Assembly (NCBI GenBank): GCA_951406725.2
Contig: OX597839.1
Location: 37,138,001-37,202,000 of the forward strand
DNA length: 64,000 nt
Direction of reading: 5' to 3'
Origin: Octopus vulgaris
Lineage: Eukaryota
Position 1 is the stretch's first letter; each line of letters starts with the position of its first letter. The notes under the pieces are model-generated. The model was not told the DNA's origin. It saw only the letters and a list, made by a program, of their open reading frames with translations, and did no database searches. Shown here piece after piece: positions 51,340 through 64,000 of this stretch. The position numbers and the translations under genes were made by a program.

Positions 51340-53878
51340 AAGAGCATCTTGGACAGCCCTTGTTTTACTTATACATGCACACACACACACACACATGTAT
51401 ATGCATAGATGTACCACGTGCACACAAATACACGTATATTCACACACATGTAAACATCAACTCATATACTTTACAAGTACACACACACACAAGCATACAT
51501 ACAGAGATGTGATTTTGATGGGTGGGGGCAGGTTATTCACACATAATGGGTATAGTCACGTCTGTATGGTTAAGAAGTTTGCTCCATGACCACATGATTT
51601 TCAGGTTCAATCCAACCACACGCTACCCTGGGCAAATTCGTCTTCTACAATGTCATAACTGTGTTCCAAACCAATGTGCCCTTGTCCACTACATTACTGG
51701 ACATTGATGTCAAGTACCTTTTTTTTTTCTTTTGTAGCCCAGTCATTTGCATCTTGCAGTATTTACCACATTTGATGGCATAAAAGAGACACATGGCTAT
51801 ATTAGATGCACCCCATTTTCAGCAGTGCATATTCAGGAAAAAGTTTTAGTCCATTAAAGCATATGATATTTAAATCAATTTAGAATCTGGGATCCAGGGT
51901 GATTTTTTTGCAGACTTTTTTTTTTTTTAGTGAAAAAAAACAAAAAGGTGCCTCTTATATTCCATCAAATATGGTAACTGTTCCTGGGTAACAACTGCTA
52001 TATCAGTGGTGTTGAATTCATTTGGTTTTTGTAAGCTGGAGTGAAACAAAAAAAAGATCTTGCAAGATAGATATGGACAATAATTATACCTAAAATCCCT
52101 ATTCATAATGCTGGCCAAAGTAAATGAACAAAGCAGTCAATATGAATTGTAACAACTTCATAAACAATAAAGAGAGGAAAGAATATGAGGTGTTGACAAA
52201 GTTTGTGTGCAAAGATAGGTGGACAATACTTAACCACATGGTGTATATATATATAGGAATAAAAATTTATATATAAAGAGACGAACACAGAAAACAGACA
52301 GGACATTCAAAGCCTTTAATCTTCAGTCAGAAACCGGATCATCATAGCAAATTTCGGCTGATTAATTCTGATATTTGCTCCAACACAGCCAGCCCCAAGG
52401 AAAAACTAAGCTGTGACCATTAGATTTCTTGGAAAAAGGAACGAATATAAATACAAAAAACGAAAACAAAATTAAAAACAAGAATGGTTAACAGCAGGTA
52501 TATCATAGGCATACATTCCATGGAAGCAAGGGAAGCAATGCTTCCCTTAAAAGTTATAGAAACAAAATTGAAGCTATATTTATTACTTATTTTTCATAAA
52601 ATTGTTCTTCCAATGTCCTGAAAAATTTATGTAAACTTCATGACATCATAGGCTTCAGACTTTTATTGTCGGACTTAGCAGGAGACAACAAGCAGTGGCA
52701 GACAACACAAAAAAAAAAATCTGTGCAAGGGAAGCAACACGAGCTGTTGCATCCTTTTGGGGTGTAATGTTTTAACATTTTTTCCGATAAAAAAGCCACA
52801 AAGACAATTTTTTTCTAGTAAGAGCTGATGACAAATAGTTTTAGATGCTAATAAATACTTATACACTTAGATTAAGTTTCTGTGAATTTGCAATACCTAT
52901 GATATATATAATCTTACAATGTTATGCAACACTTACATAGGAAAAGGGAAGCAAGTTGATATTCTGCTTCCATAAGAAAAATGGTGAAAAGATAATAAGC
53001 ATGTAGTTTTCTGTGTTTATTCAACTAATATTTTATACTTTTCCAAATTACAGAATACCCTTAGTATAAAATGTGATTTTTTTATTTATTTTAAAAGTTG
53101 CTCTATAATATGAACATGTCAATTTGATTCAAATATCTAAGTGAAAAAAAATTTTGGTCATTGCTTCCCCACCCTGAAAGATAACCATACGCTCCTGATA
53201 TATATATATATATATAAAATATATATAATCCTGTTAAGTAAGAGTCCTTTGAGTGAGAACTGAGACAGATTAATGTGCCTAGATTAATGTGAGAAGACCA
53301 ATTCTGAAGAGAAAGCTTTCCCTGTTTCATCTAGAATACATTTCACTATCAATTCTGTCACTAGAATCCATATGGATAATCACTAGAATCCATCTGCATA
53401 ATTTTGCAAAATAAAAACAAAAAACATTTGTTTGGCTCAGCATGTATAGACAAAGTGAAGGGGAAGTAGCTCATATCTTTTAGCATATAGATTCATAAAA
53501 TGTCATTGATTGACATAACAAAAGATTATGGATACTAAACTCTCAGCTTGAAAAGCAATTTTCTAATTAATTGAAATAATTAAAGGTAAGTGAGGAGTGC
53601 CTCATTTGCAATTAAGTTACTTATCATACACACTCCCTAACATATGACTAATTACATCCTGCATGTGAATTCAGTGCAGTGCACACATTGCTTTGGTAGC
53701 TTTTTAGGTGCATTTAGTTATCATTTATTTTGTATTATATTTCTTGACATGCAAGGTCAGTGAGTCTGGTCACTTAAGATTTATATCTATGAATATATAT
53801 ATAGGTTCAGATGTATGGTAAGAAGGTTACTTCTTACCATACACCCACAAGTAAAAGATAAAAAAAACATATAATATA

Positions 53879-53920
<42 letters not shown>

Positions 53921-53921
<1 letters not shown>

Positions 53922-54311
53922 TAGCAGTATCGCCCGGTGTTGCTCGGGTTTGTAAGGGAAATAACTATACAGCATTTTTAGAGAGTTATAGCCAAAAAAT
54001 AGCAAAAAAATGTATTAAAAATGGAAAAAATATGATGGTAAATTTTTTTTTAAATCGTTGACTCATCATAGACATTTTTAGAGAGTTACTTCCCTTTAAA
54101 AAAATATGCATGAAAATGGAAAAAAATGATGGTAAATTATTTTTAAAATCGTAGACTCATCGTAGACGCGTGCTAATACCCAGAAGGGCTCGATATGAAT
54201 CACGACTATAAGATACCCGGTTTTGGTTAAACTGCACCGCAAAATGTGGGAGTAGTTAGGAATCTAAATCGAAGGGGACAGACACTCACACAACTACAGT
54301 TTTATATATAA

Positions 54312-54314
<3 letters not shown>
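53921..54314 (-). mobile_element. Non-autonomous Helitron-type element
   Basis: Minus strand begins A|TC, ends GC-rich hairpin CCCGAGCAACACCGGG then CTAG|T; no TSD; inserted in (TA)n. Confidence 0.8.
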
Positions 54315-54349
<35 letters not shown>

Positions 54350-54530
54350 CAAATTTATAGAAAAACAAAGACCTAGAGAGGTGTAGGAACAACAAGCAAG
54401 TGTATTAGTTTGATGCTTGGGAAAAAGGGAAAAGCCTTTTACATTTTGAGCCTAAGCTCTTTGGCAGAAAGGAATAAGTGGAAATAAACAGAGAGAATGA
54501 TAAAAAAAAAACATGTTGAGTTCAGTGGTC
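54350..54530 (-). mobile_element. Family P2 element, degenerate
   Basis: Homology to 5911-6068; motif at 54436-54471 mutated. Confidence 0.6.
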
Positions 54531-54800
54531 CAGGCATGGCTGTGTGGTCAAGAAGGTTCATGTACCTTGGGCAAATGCCTTCTATACTACAGTCCTGGGC
54601 CTACCAATGCCTTGTGAGTGTATCTGGTTGATGGAAACTGTGTGGAAGCCCATTCTATATATGCATGGATCAGCAAAAAAAACTGTAGAATAAGTACCAA
54701 CCAGACTGAAAAATAAATACTGGAAGTCAACCTTTTTGACTAAAACTCTTCAAGTCTGATCCCATTCTAATGACTGAAATTTATAAAAGATACACACAGA

Positions 54801-55190
54801 GGCGCAGGAGTGGCTGTGTGGTAAGTAGCTTGCTAACCAACCACATGGTTCCGGGTTCAGTCCCACTGCGTGGCATCTTGGGCAAGTGTCTTCTGCTATA
54901 GCCCCGGGCCGACCAATGCCTTGTGAGTGGATTTGGCAGACGGAAACTGAAAGAAGCCCGTCGTATATATGTATATATATATATGTATGTGTGTGTTTGT
55001 CCCTCTAGCATTGCTTGACAACCGATGCTGGTGTGTTTACGCCCCCGTCACTTAGCGGTTCGGCAAAAGAGACTGATAGAATAAGTACTGGGCTTACAAA
55101 GAATAAGTCCTGGGGTCGATTTGCTCGACTAAAGGCGGTGCTCCAGCATAGCCGCAGTCAAATGACTGAAACAAGTAAAAGAATAAAGAG
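54801..55190 (+). mobile_element. SINE family A, full length, young
   Basis: Nearly identical to 31584-31999; preceded by an older copy at ~54530-54785. Confidence 0.92.
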
Positions 55191-55547
55191 TACACACACA
55201 CACAGAGATAAATACACACTTACGTATACAGACATACAATATGGTAATAATAAAATTGGAATTAAAACCTAAGGCCAAATTTATTGCTTTTTGTTTTAGC
55301 TTTTTTTTATTTTTTGCAAAAGCTTCTCCATGAGACACCCCACCCCCAATTTATCTCTAGGCTTAATTGGCCATAACTTATGACCTCAAAACCTTGGGAA
55401 TATCCATCACAAGTACATAATATTTATGACGCTATTATATGCCTTCTGGAACACAAGTGGAATAACCTGGGGTCTCCCTTCATCTAAATCCAGTGCTCTT
55501 TTCGCGCATACTTCAGAGAAAAATTAACAGCATACAAAAAATATTAA

Positions 55548-55765
55548 CCCTTTCATTACCAACCCGGCTGAAAGCAGCTCTGGCTCTGAGTACAAATGTC
55601 TTGTTTTCATAAGTTTTAAATTAAAATCTTCCACCAAACCTTAGTCACAATTTATGTTCCTAAAACTAGCTTAAAGGTAACTAAGTTATTTTACTAAATT
55701 CTTTGTTATATTTAAAATATTTGAAAGAAACAGAGCATCTCAAAATAAATACAGTAATGAAAGGG
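55548..55765 (-). mobile_element. piggyBac-type MITE (family M1)
   Basis: TTAA-CCCTTTCATTAC...GTAATGAAAGGG-TTAA; reverse complement of 171-391. Confidence 0.88.
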
Positions 55766-56157
55766 TTAATGGAAAGATGCTTTTGGTACAGACACAATTT
55801 GATTTGTCACCATCTTCTCTCATAGCCTCAGATTGTCTAAGATCCTTTTTGTGTGTGGGGGGGAGGGCTACTGGCAAAGAAAAACTGTGGAAACTGTATG
55901 AGGGATCATTCCTACACTTCATCGATAGATTTAATATGTCACTTGGTTTAACACTCCTACATCCAGTACCACTGTCACAACAACAACAACCTCAACCACT
56001 TCCAGTGTTTTCAATGCCTTTAATTGAACTTTACATGGTTTTGAGCAATTGGGACTGATCCCTAGGCTCAGAGTAACTGCCTTCTACCAATCTTAGAGCT
56101 CCTAAAAGAGGTCATGGACACTGCACTTTCTCCTCTAATTTTGGATTATATACATAC

Positions 56158-56468
56158 ATCACGTGATCACGTGACCAACCAGGCTATCAGATGTTGCTAC
56201 ACATCACTGGTCACAATGCGCTTCGTATTGATTTTTAGCCTTCAAATGACGCCACCCCGCTGGCTAAGTGAGCAGGCCAACAGAAGAAAGAGTGAGAGAC
56301 AGTTGTGGTGAAAGAGTTCAGCAGGGATCGCCACCAACCTCTGCTGGAGCCGCGTGGAGCTTTGAGTGTTTTCGCTCAATAAACACTCCCAACGCCCAGT
56401 CTGGGAATCAAAACCGCGATCCTACGACCCCGAGTCCGCTGCCCTAACCACTGGGCCATTGCGCCTCC
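56158..56468 (-). mobile_element. SINE family C, tail type 2
   Basis: Reverse complement of 20980-21258. Confidence 0.85.
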
Positions 56469-56509
<41 letters not shown>

Positions 56510-57043
56510 ATTTATCTACCTTTTACTTGTTCCAGTCATTAGACTGGAGAATAAATAAACATTACATCTGTGAATGCTAAAAGGTTGAGGGAGGATGATG
56601 ATGAAGAGGAAGATGTGGAGGAAGAGATATAAAATAAGCATTATATATTTTCACTAATATAAGTTATAAAAAGTTTTGCCTGTTACTTATTTAGTGAGAG
56701 TTTTACAGGCAAGTTTTGCACGGAATCATCAGAGGGAATAGAAGTGGGGGGGGAACTTTCTTTATCTCTTCCCCCCCCCCCCATTTCAAACACATGCACA
56801 CACAAACAGATATAAACACACTAACTGACACACACACACATATATACATACACACACACACACACACACACTAGTACATTAAGTATGTACATACATATTT
56901 AGATAGATAAGTACATAACTAAAAATGTCACTGTACATGAACAAACACACACACACACACACATGCATGGGTTTCTGATGCACATATTTACATGTGTATG
57001 TACATATGTATACATATACATATATAGATACATATATACATGC

Positions 57044-57074
<31 letters not shown>

Positions 57075-57159
57075 CATACATATATACATATATATATACA
57101 TATACATATATACATATACATATATATACGCACACACACACACACATACACATATATAT

Positions 57160-57241
57160 ATACATAGATTTATATAAACATTAATACATATATCTATACA
57201 CACACTTATATACAGATATATATATATATATATAAATGCAT

Positions 57242-57276
<35 letters not shown>

Positions 57277-57324
57277 CATACATAGATTTATATACACATT
57301 AATACATATATCTGTACACACACT

Positions 57325-57369
<45 letters not shown>

Positions 57370-57501
57370 ATATAAACATACATTTATACAAATATATATA
57401 CACACACACATATGTGTATATAAAATGCTAGCTATCGATTTAACAATGTACAAACGTGTATGAAAACACCTAAGGATTGTCTTGAATCGATATGCACGCA
57501 T

Positions 57502-57540
<39 letters not shown>

Positions 57541-57740
57541 CAGATTAATACATATATCTATACACACACATATATACAGATATATATATATATATATATA
57601 AACATACATTTATACAAATATATATACACACACACATACATGTATATAAAACATTAGCTATCGATTTAACAATGCACATACATATATGTATGGAAACACC
57701 TAAGGATTGTCTTGAATTGGTATGCATACATACACACACA
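57160..57740. repeat. Nested local duplications in TA/CA microsatellite
   Basis: TTAATACATATATCT x3; TAGCTATCGATTTAACAATG and AAACACCTAAGGATTGTCTTGAAT x2. Confidence 0.8.
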
Positions 57741-58260
57741 CACACACACACACACGCATGCACACACACACACACACACGTGTGCACACACAAAAGAAGT
57801 GTCTATATAACAAAATGTGGACAGAGAGTTTGTGCTAGAGCTAGAGTTAGGGGGACAATTTTAACAATAATTTACAATTCAGTTTTGCTGTGACGGACGG
57901 AAGCCAAGGTGAAAGGAGGGGGATGGGAAGCGAGGGAAAATTGAGGGGGTTTTTTTTCTTTCTTTTTTTTTTTTTTCGTTACAGAGAAAAATGGAGATTC
58001 TGAGTGTGAAATTTCCGTTGTCTGTGGAACCACTATGGAGCAGTTACGGGGTTGAAAAGATTAGTAATCAATACCAAAAGATAGACTACATCATAATGGA
58101 ATTTCTTCCTATTTTCAAGACATTTCTGTTGTGTTTATCAATTCCACCGTACCAAATATTTTATCTCACCATCTCCAATAATTCCAAAGAGATGCCATAG
58201 ATAACTCGCAGTACTTTCACATCAGCCAATATATTATTAATAATAATAATAATAATAATA

Positions 58261-58292
<32 letters not shown>

Positions 58293-58609
58293 TTTTTATG
58301 GTTTTTAATTTTGTTTTTCAATAACCATCATCACAACAACCATAACAACAACAATAAAAGTAACGATAAAGTTGGTTTATGTCTATATGAAATGACACTT
58401 TTAATTGTTACGAAGTACTTTAAAGAAGTAAATGGCTTTAATAGTACATAGACCCTTTAACAACCAGCCTTTCAAGCGGAAATTCCTTTGACATAGTAAA
58501 TAGCCTTTTTGTTTGATGGCCATGGAAATGTTGCTCAAATTGTGTGTGTAAATTCTTTTCATAGGTTTGAAATAGTTCTCTATTTTTGTCATTGCTTTAC
58601 ACACATGTA

Positions 58610-58830
58610 CATCATCATCATCATCATCATCATCATTTAACGTCCGCTTTCCATGCTGGCATGGGTTGGACGGTTCAACTGGGGTCTGGGAAGCCAGAAG
58701 GCTGCACCAGGCCCAGTCTGTTTTGGCAGGGTTTCTACAGCTGGATGCCCTTCCTAACACCAACCACTTCACAAAAAATACTGGGTGCTTTTTGCATGAC
58801 ACCATCATAGGTACTTTTTACATGACCCCC
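58610..58830 (-). mobile_element. RTE-tail family E
   Basis: (CAT)n-TTAACGTCCGCTTTCCATGCTGGCATGGGTTGGACGG... Confidence 0.85.
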
Positions 58831-59934
58831 GCAATATATATATATATATATATATATATAGATATATATATATATATATTTATATATTTTATCTAGTTTC
58901 AGCTCACGAGCTGTGGCCATGCTGGGGCACCGCCATATAATATATATATATATACGTTTATACATGTGTGTATCAAACAATGACCAAAATGGAAGACATA
59001 AACTACTTCAAGTCTAGGACAAACATGCCAGTCACAGGCAGAATCCCAGGAAGAAATTAACAAAAAATTCTTCATCTGCTGTTAAATGAAATGCCAATAA
59101 ATGTGAAGAGGACGGCTCAAAAGTGAAAGAAATGTCCTAAACTCAAAGGTCACAAAATTAGTGTGTGTATTTGTATTTATTTTGTGTAATTCCTGCAAAT
59201 TATCTGAAACAACTGACTATGGGGGGGAGGGAGTAGGAAATAGAGAAGAAGAAAGAAGGATAAAGAGAGAGGGTGAGAAAGGAGGGAGAAATAGATGGAG
59301 GGTGAGAGAAAAAATAGGTGGGATAGAAGAGGGGAGATAGGGAGAGAGAAAAGGAGGAGAGGGAGAATGTAAGGGGCAGAGAGAAGGAAGAGGAAATAGA
59401 CAAAGAGAAGGGAGACAGACAGAAAGAGAAGGAGAGAAGAAGTAGGGGGGAGCGCTGGAGGGAGAGAGGGGAGCAAGAAAGATGAAGAGGCAAGCAGACG
59501 TGTCTTCCATTATTTTATCTTATTGACTTCAGAACGACGAAAAATAAAGTTGATTGCAGGAATTGAACACAGAACACAGTCCGACTGCATGGCAGACTGA
59601 ACCTGGAACCAAGTGGTTGGGAAGCAAGCTTCTTACCACACCATCTTTGTCTAATGCCTATTTTCCATACTGGCACAGGTTGGACATTTTAACAGGGGCT
59701 GGTGAACCAGAGGGTTGCATGTAGCTCCAATGCCTGGTTCGGTATGGTTTCTATGCCTGGATGCCCTTTCTATTGCCAACTACTAAACAGAGTGTACTGG
59801 GTGCTTATTACACGGCACTGACGAGGCCATCAAGTAACTTGCAAAACAAAAAAAACCCTCAACTGATGTGAGGTGTAGTATTGAGGGAGATGAGGTGTTG
59901 AGGGGCTTAAGTATGACAGAGGGACTGAAATATC

Positions 59935-60590
59935 TATGAGATGGTATCCAAAAGTTCCCAGACAAATTCTTATTTCTTATTTCTTTATTGCCCACAAAGG
60001 GCTAAACATAGAGGGGACAAACAAGGACAAACAAAGGGATTAAATCAATTACATCGACCCCAGTGCATAACTGGTACTTAATTTAACAACCCCGAAAGGA
60101 TGAAAGGCAAAATCAACCTCAGCGGAATTTGAACTCAGAATGTACTGACAGACGATATACCACTAAGCATTTCGGCTAGTGCGCTAATGTTTCTGCCAGC
60201 TCGCTGCCTTAAAAGTTCCCAGACTAATTCTGAAGTGCACCAACAGATGGCAGCACACTGTTGCGTGCACAGTGAGGGCTAGCAGTGACCTTTATGAGGC
60301 AGTCTGCTAAATGACATTGCTGTGTTTACTTTGCAAGTTATGAAATTTGTATTTTTTCCGATCACACGTATGCTGTAGTCTGCGATTTTTTGTGGACAGG
60401 AAGTTGGAACAAAGAACCAACATAAAATTTTGGAAAGTTTGCTACAGAGGTATTGAGCATGCTTCAACAAGCTTACAGTGAGAAAGCAAAGGGTCATATG
60501 CAATGCTTCAAATAGCATAGGCACTTCAAAAATGGAAGAATGTCCTTGGAAAATGATGAGCAATCTGGAAGACCTGCCACGAGTGTCATC
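59935..60590 (+). mobile_element. Mariner 5' fragment (TIR-like end plus HTH region) split by SINE B
   Basis: EQRTNIKF / ATEVLSMLQQAYSEKA...QCFK*HRHFKNGRMSLENDEQSGRPATS at ~60407-60588. Confidence 0.75.
59971..60210 (-). mobile_element. SINE family B, full length, with 21 bp TSD
   Basis: AAAAGTTCCCAGAC(A/T)AATTCT at 59950-59970 and 60211-60231. Confidence 0.9.
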
Positions 60591-60599
60591 CCTAGAATC

Positions 60600-60791
60600 A
60601 TGTCATGCTTATTTATTCACACTGTTTTGAATGTGTCATGCATTATCTCACAGCCCTGAGATTTCGATAATGTGATTGCTTATTTTTAGAATGACATTGT
60701 AAGGTATGTGTGGGAGGCCAGATATAACCAACTTGAATGAAAACACCGAAAATATTTGGGGCCAAATATGGTCAGTTTAAATGTTAAGGGG
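60600..60791 (-). mobile_element. Partial MITE family M2
   Basis: Ends AAATGTTAAGGGG-TTAA; internal homology to 50622-50842. Confidence 0.65.
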
Positions 60792-61127
60792 TTAAAAACA
60801 AAGATTTCTGTCTTAGTTGCAAATTCTGGGAGAAGAAATAGTTGATTATATCAACCCCAGTATTCTACTGGTATTAATTTATTTCAAGTTGATACCCATA
60901 AGATTTGAACCTAAAGCTAAGGTGTAAAACTAAATACGTTCAGATGTCATGTCCATGGCCATTCCTACTGATTCCACCCTTTACAGCAAAGACTTAAATT
61001 TAATAGAATAATTCCTAAGTGATCCAATTGAAACAGAAAATCTATATTTCACGTTATCGATTCTCAAATAATTTCTACTTTGAAACCTTCAATCAAATGT
61101 CGCCTACACAGAGAACGCATCTATGTA

Positions 61128-61158
<31 letters not shown>

Positions 61159-61429
61159 ACAATCAGTTATAGGTTGGTCACCTCACAATTGCCCCGACCA
61201 CCACCACAACCACCAACACCTTTCCACACCGTCACATTCATCACATACTGGGAATATAATAAAAACATTGAAGTTTCCTTTGCGATTAGTTCCTTTGCCT
61301 TACATTGTGCACCACATATTGAAGGAAGATAATTTTGTCTTCCATTTCATCAAATTCTCCTAATTAACTTCTCAGATTCCACAAAACGCTGTATTGATTC
61401 CATCAGCAGTTAATGAAAACCTGGCATTT

Positions 61430-61865
61430 CTTCTCTCTTTTTTCCTTTGCCTTTTTGCTTATTCTTTTTCCTCTCTTACTTTCTCTCCTTACTCTTTATC
61501 TTCTTCTACTTACTCTCTTTCTTCTTCCCCTTTCTCTCCTCTTCTTTTCTCCTTTATCTTCTTCCTCTTCTTTTTCTTTTCTTTTCCTTCTTTTACTTTC
61601 TCTCCTTACTCTTTCTCTTCTTCTACTTACTCTCTTTCTTCTTTCCCTTTCTCTCCTCTTCTGTTCTCCTTTATCTTCTTCCTCTTTTACTTCCTCTTCT
61701 TTTCCTTCATTTACTTTCACTCCTTACTCTTCTTCTTCCTTTACTTACTCTTCTTGCTCATATTTTCTCCCCTTGCTCATCTTCTTCTTCTTCTTCTTCT
61801 TCCTCTTTCACTTTGTCAACTTACCTCTCTCTCTTCTCTTTCTTCTTTTATTTTCTCTCTTTCTT
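61430..61865. repeat. Polypyrimidine low-complexity tract with ~115 bp duplication
   Basis: TACTTTCTCTCCTTACTCTTT...TACTTACTCTCTTTCTTC...CTTTATCTTCTTCCTC twice. Confidence 0.8.
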
Positions 61866-63704
61866 TGTCATTACTCTATTATTTATTTCTCCAGCAGTGA
61901 TCAAACCCATTCTCAGCTATCAATAGCTGTAAAAGTAACAATGGACTTCTTGCTGGTAATTCATCAAAATACCCAACTACCAAATCCCCAAGAGATGTAT
62001 CTCTGCGACGTAGGTTCACCGGTTTTCGTGTCTCTGCAGAGAAAATTCATCGGATAACTTCAATTACCAAATAAAATACAGACAAGAATTTCATCTGCGA
62101 AACGTCACCGCCACTGATTGATTTTTGTTTCCACATCACAATTATTGGATTTTCAAATGGTCAACGCCTCTGGCGTAAGAGATAAAACTTTGACCAGTAG
62201 AATTAATAACACCATTTCAATTCTTGCTTTAAAGCCAATTTAAGCTGAAGAATTGACAGAAGAACCATTAGAGCATCAGACAAAACATTTTACAGTACTC
62301 GATTTAGCTCACCTTTTGTTGTTCTGAGTTCAAATCCCACAGAGGACAAATTTGCTTTTCATCCTTTCAGGGTTGATTTAATCAACACATCCACCACTTC
62401 ATCTCAAGAAACTGGCTTTTCACAACCCTCTATTTTTGGTTGGTCAAGCAAAATCATGGCTGATCATTGAAGTGGGGATCAAAGTCCAACTATTTCCGGT
62501 TCACTTTCAGTGCTTGTTGCAAAGTTTTTGGTCAAAGTGCTGCTGGAAAATGGTATGCGTCTGCTTGGAGTCATAAAGCATGTACTCAATGCGGTCTGTC
62601 AGAGACGAAAATACGGTTCTGTTGCTACACTGTGCTTCTATCACTGGGTCCTATCAAACAATCCCAAGTCATTTTTGACGAGCATTGCTAGCCGAGAAGT
62701 TACAAGACATGGGTCAACTCAAAGCTAAAGAAAATGTATGGGAGTTGCATGATGCAGATCACATAAAAAAGTACCATCTTGCCAGAAGAATTAAACTCAG
62801 GGGTAGGGGCTTCCACATGATCTCAAAATAAGAATGTAAAGAAAGTCCTGGATGATGTGAGGCATAATGTGGATTATATCAACCAAGAAAGAGAAAATGG
62901 AAGTTTGGGGCTGTGTAGATAGACTGACATTAAGGGAAAGGGATAGGAATTGCTGATGTACCACACACCTGCCCACAATTTGGTGTTACAGTACATGGGG
63001 AGGATATAGGGCAGTCACAGACAGAGAAATTAATATTGACCCTTGTTTTGTCATCGCCTTTGGAGAACAATACAAGCAGATACTGAAAACAGAGATGACC
63101 TGCAGCAATATCTGGCCAGGTAGATATCTGCAAAGTACCTAGAACCAGATCACTCCTGTACAGCACAGTGAAGGGTGGGGGCATCAGACTAGTGGTGCAG
63201 GGCAGAAATCTCAGCTTTTGCATGTATGAGAGTACAAACCACACGGGGACCTATTGTCCAGAAAAAAAGAAAAAAACAAAAAGAAAAGTTGGGTGGTGGT
63301 CAACAGTGGCAGACAAGCACAGTGGCTGCTGCTGCTGCTGTAACAGTGTTGATCCAAATTCTGAAGACGGCCATAGTGGAAGTAAAGACAAATAGACCCA
63401 TCTTCAGTTTTACCCAAGGGTCAACAATATAGGGAATAGAGAAAATGAGGTGTCTCCTTTTCCAGCCCAAGACAGGCCAGAGGCTCTGTGTAGCAGTTCT
63501 ACCATCATTTTATTGCATCAGTGAAGAAGAAATGGAAACTGAAGAAAATTGTAAACCATCAAGGAGCAAATTAACAACGTTGAGCAGAAACTGATAGAAA
63601 GTAGGCTGATGAGATTCCTACACAAAGAAGAACTCATTCACCTCCAGCACTGGGGAGAAACTAAACTCCATGGATATCCAAAATGACAACTGTAACCAAA
63701 TGAA

Positions 63705-63945
63705 ACAGGTCATGGACACAGTGAACTATACCACAATGGGGCACCTATATACAGCTAGGTAGACTGGACTGCTGATAGTTCAGAGTGTTGGTCATGGACA
63801 CAATGCAGAGAACTAACTACACTACACCATGATACCTATATACTAAGTAGACTTGACTGTTCACAGTAATGTGTCTTATTCATGAACTCAGTGCAGTGAA
63901 CTTTCTCATGTGGTGGTACCTACCTACGGCTATGTGGACTGGTTT
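63705..63945. repeat. Diverged tandem repeat, ~85 bp x3
   Basis: GGTCATGGACACA..GAACT...ACCTATATAC...GTAGACT(G/T)GACT recurs. Confidence 0.55.
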
Positions 63946-64000
63946 ATGAACTATCACCTCTTTAGGTTTTAAGTATCTCTCTTCTCGAGTTTGTCAGCTG

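Noticed and set aside
61394-62057. Long hydrophobic ORFs resembling membrane proteins
   Set aside because: Translation of a CT-rich low-complexity tract, open in all three frames
62450-62760. CTQC..ET motif suggesting an L1/Tx1 C-terminal zinc knuckle
   Set aside because: Too degenerate and frameshifted to assign confidently

Overview
AT-rich eukaryotic non-coding DNA, saturated with (TA)n/(CA)n/(TACA)n/(AAT)n microsatellites and interspersed repeats. The repeat families and microsatellite load suggest an octopus/cephalopod genome (inference from recall, not verified). No intact protein-coding gene is supported; nearly all listed ORFs translate simple repeats or SINEs. Recognisable content: several tRNA-headed SINE families (labelled A-D here), RTE 3' ends and a short RTE-tail family (E), a CR1 3' end, TTAA-flanked piggyBac-type MITEs, a Helitron-type element, decayed mariner transposases, a Ty3/gypsy gag relic and a Penelope-like RT relic. 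Most striking is a dispersed set of five short non-coding element families (P1-P5), mostly in or beside (TA)n tracts and often folded back as inverted repeats, each carrying a minimal type I hammerhead-ribozyme motif. Three motifs have intact canonical cores (7524-7566, 4187-4224, 18057-18115) and two related families carry recurrent non-canonical cores (U4C, A6U). Also seen: a ~0.9 kb duplication bracketing an RTE-tail insertion, locally templated copy events, a tandemly amplified predicted pseudoknot, and weak exon/promoter candidates.
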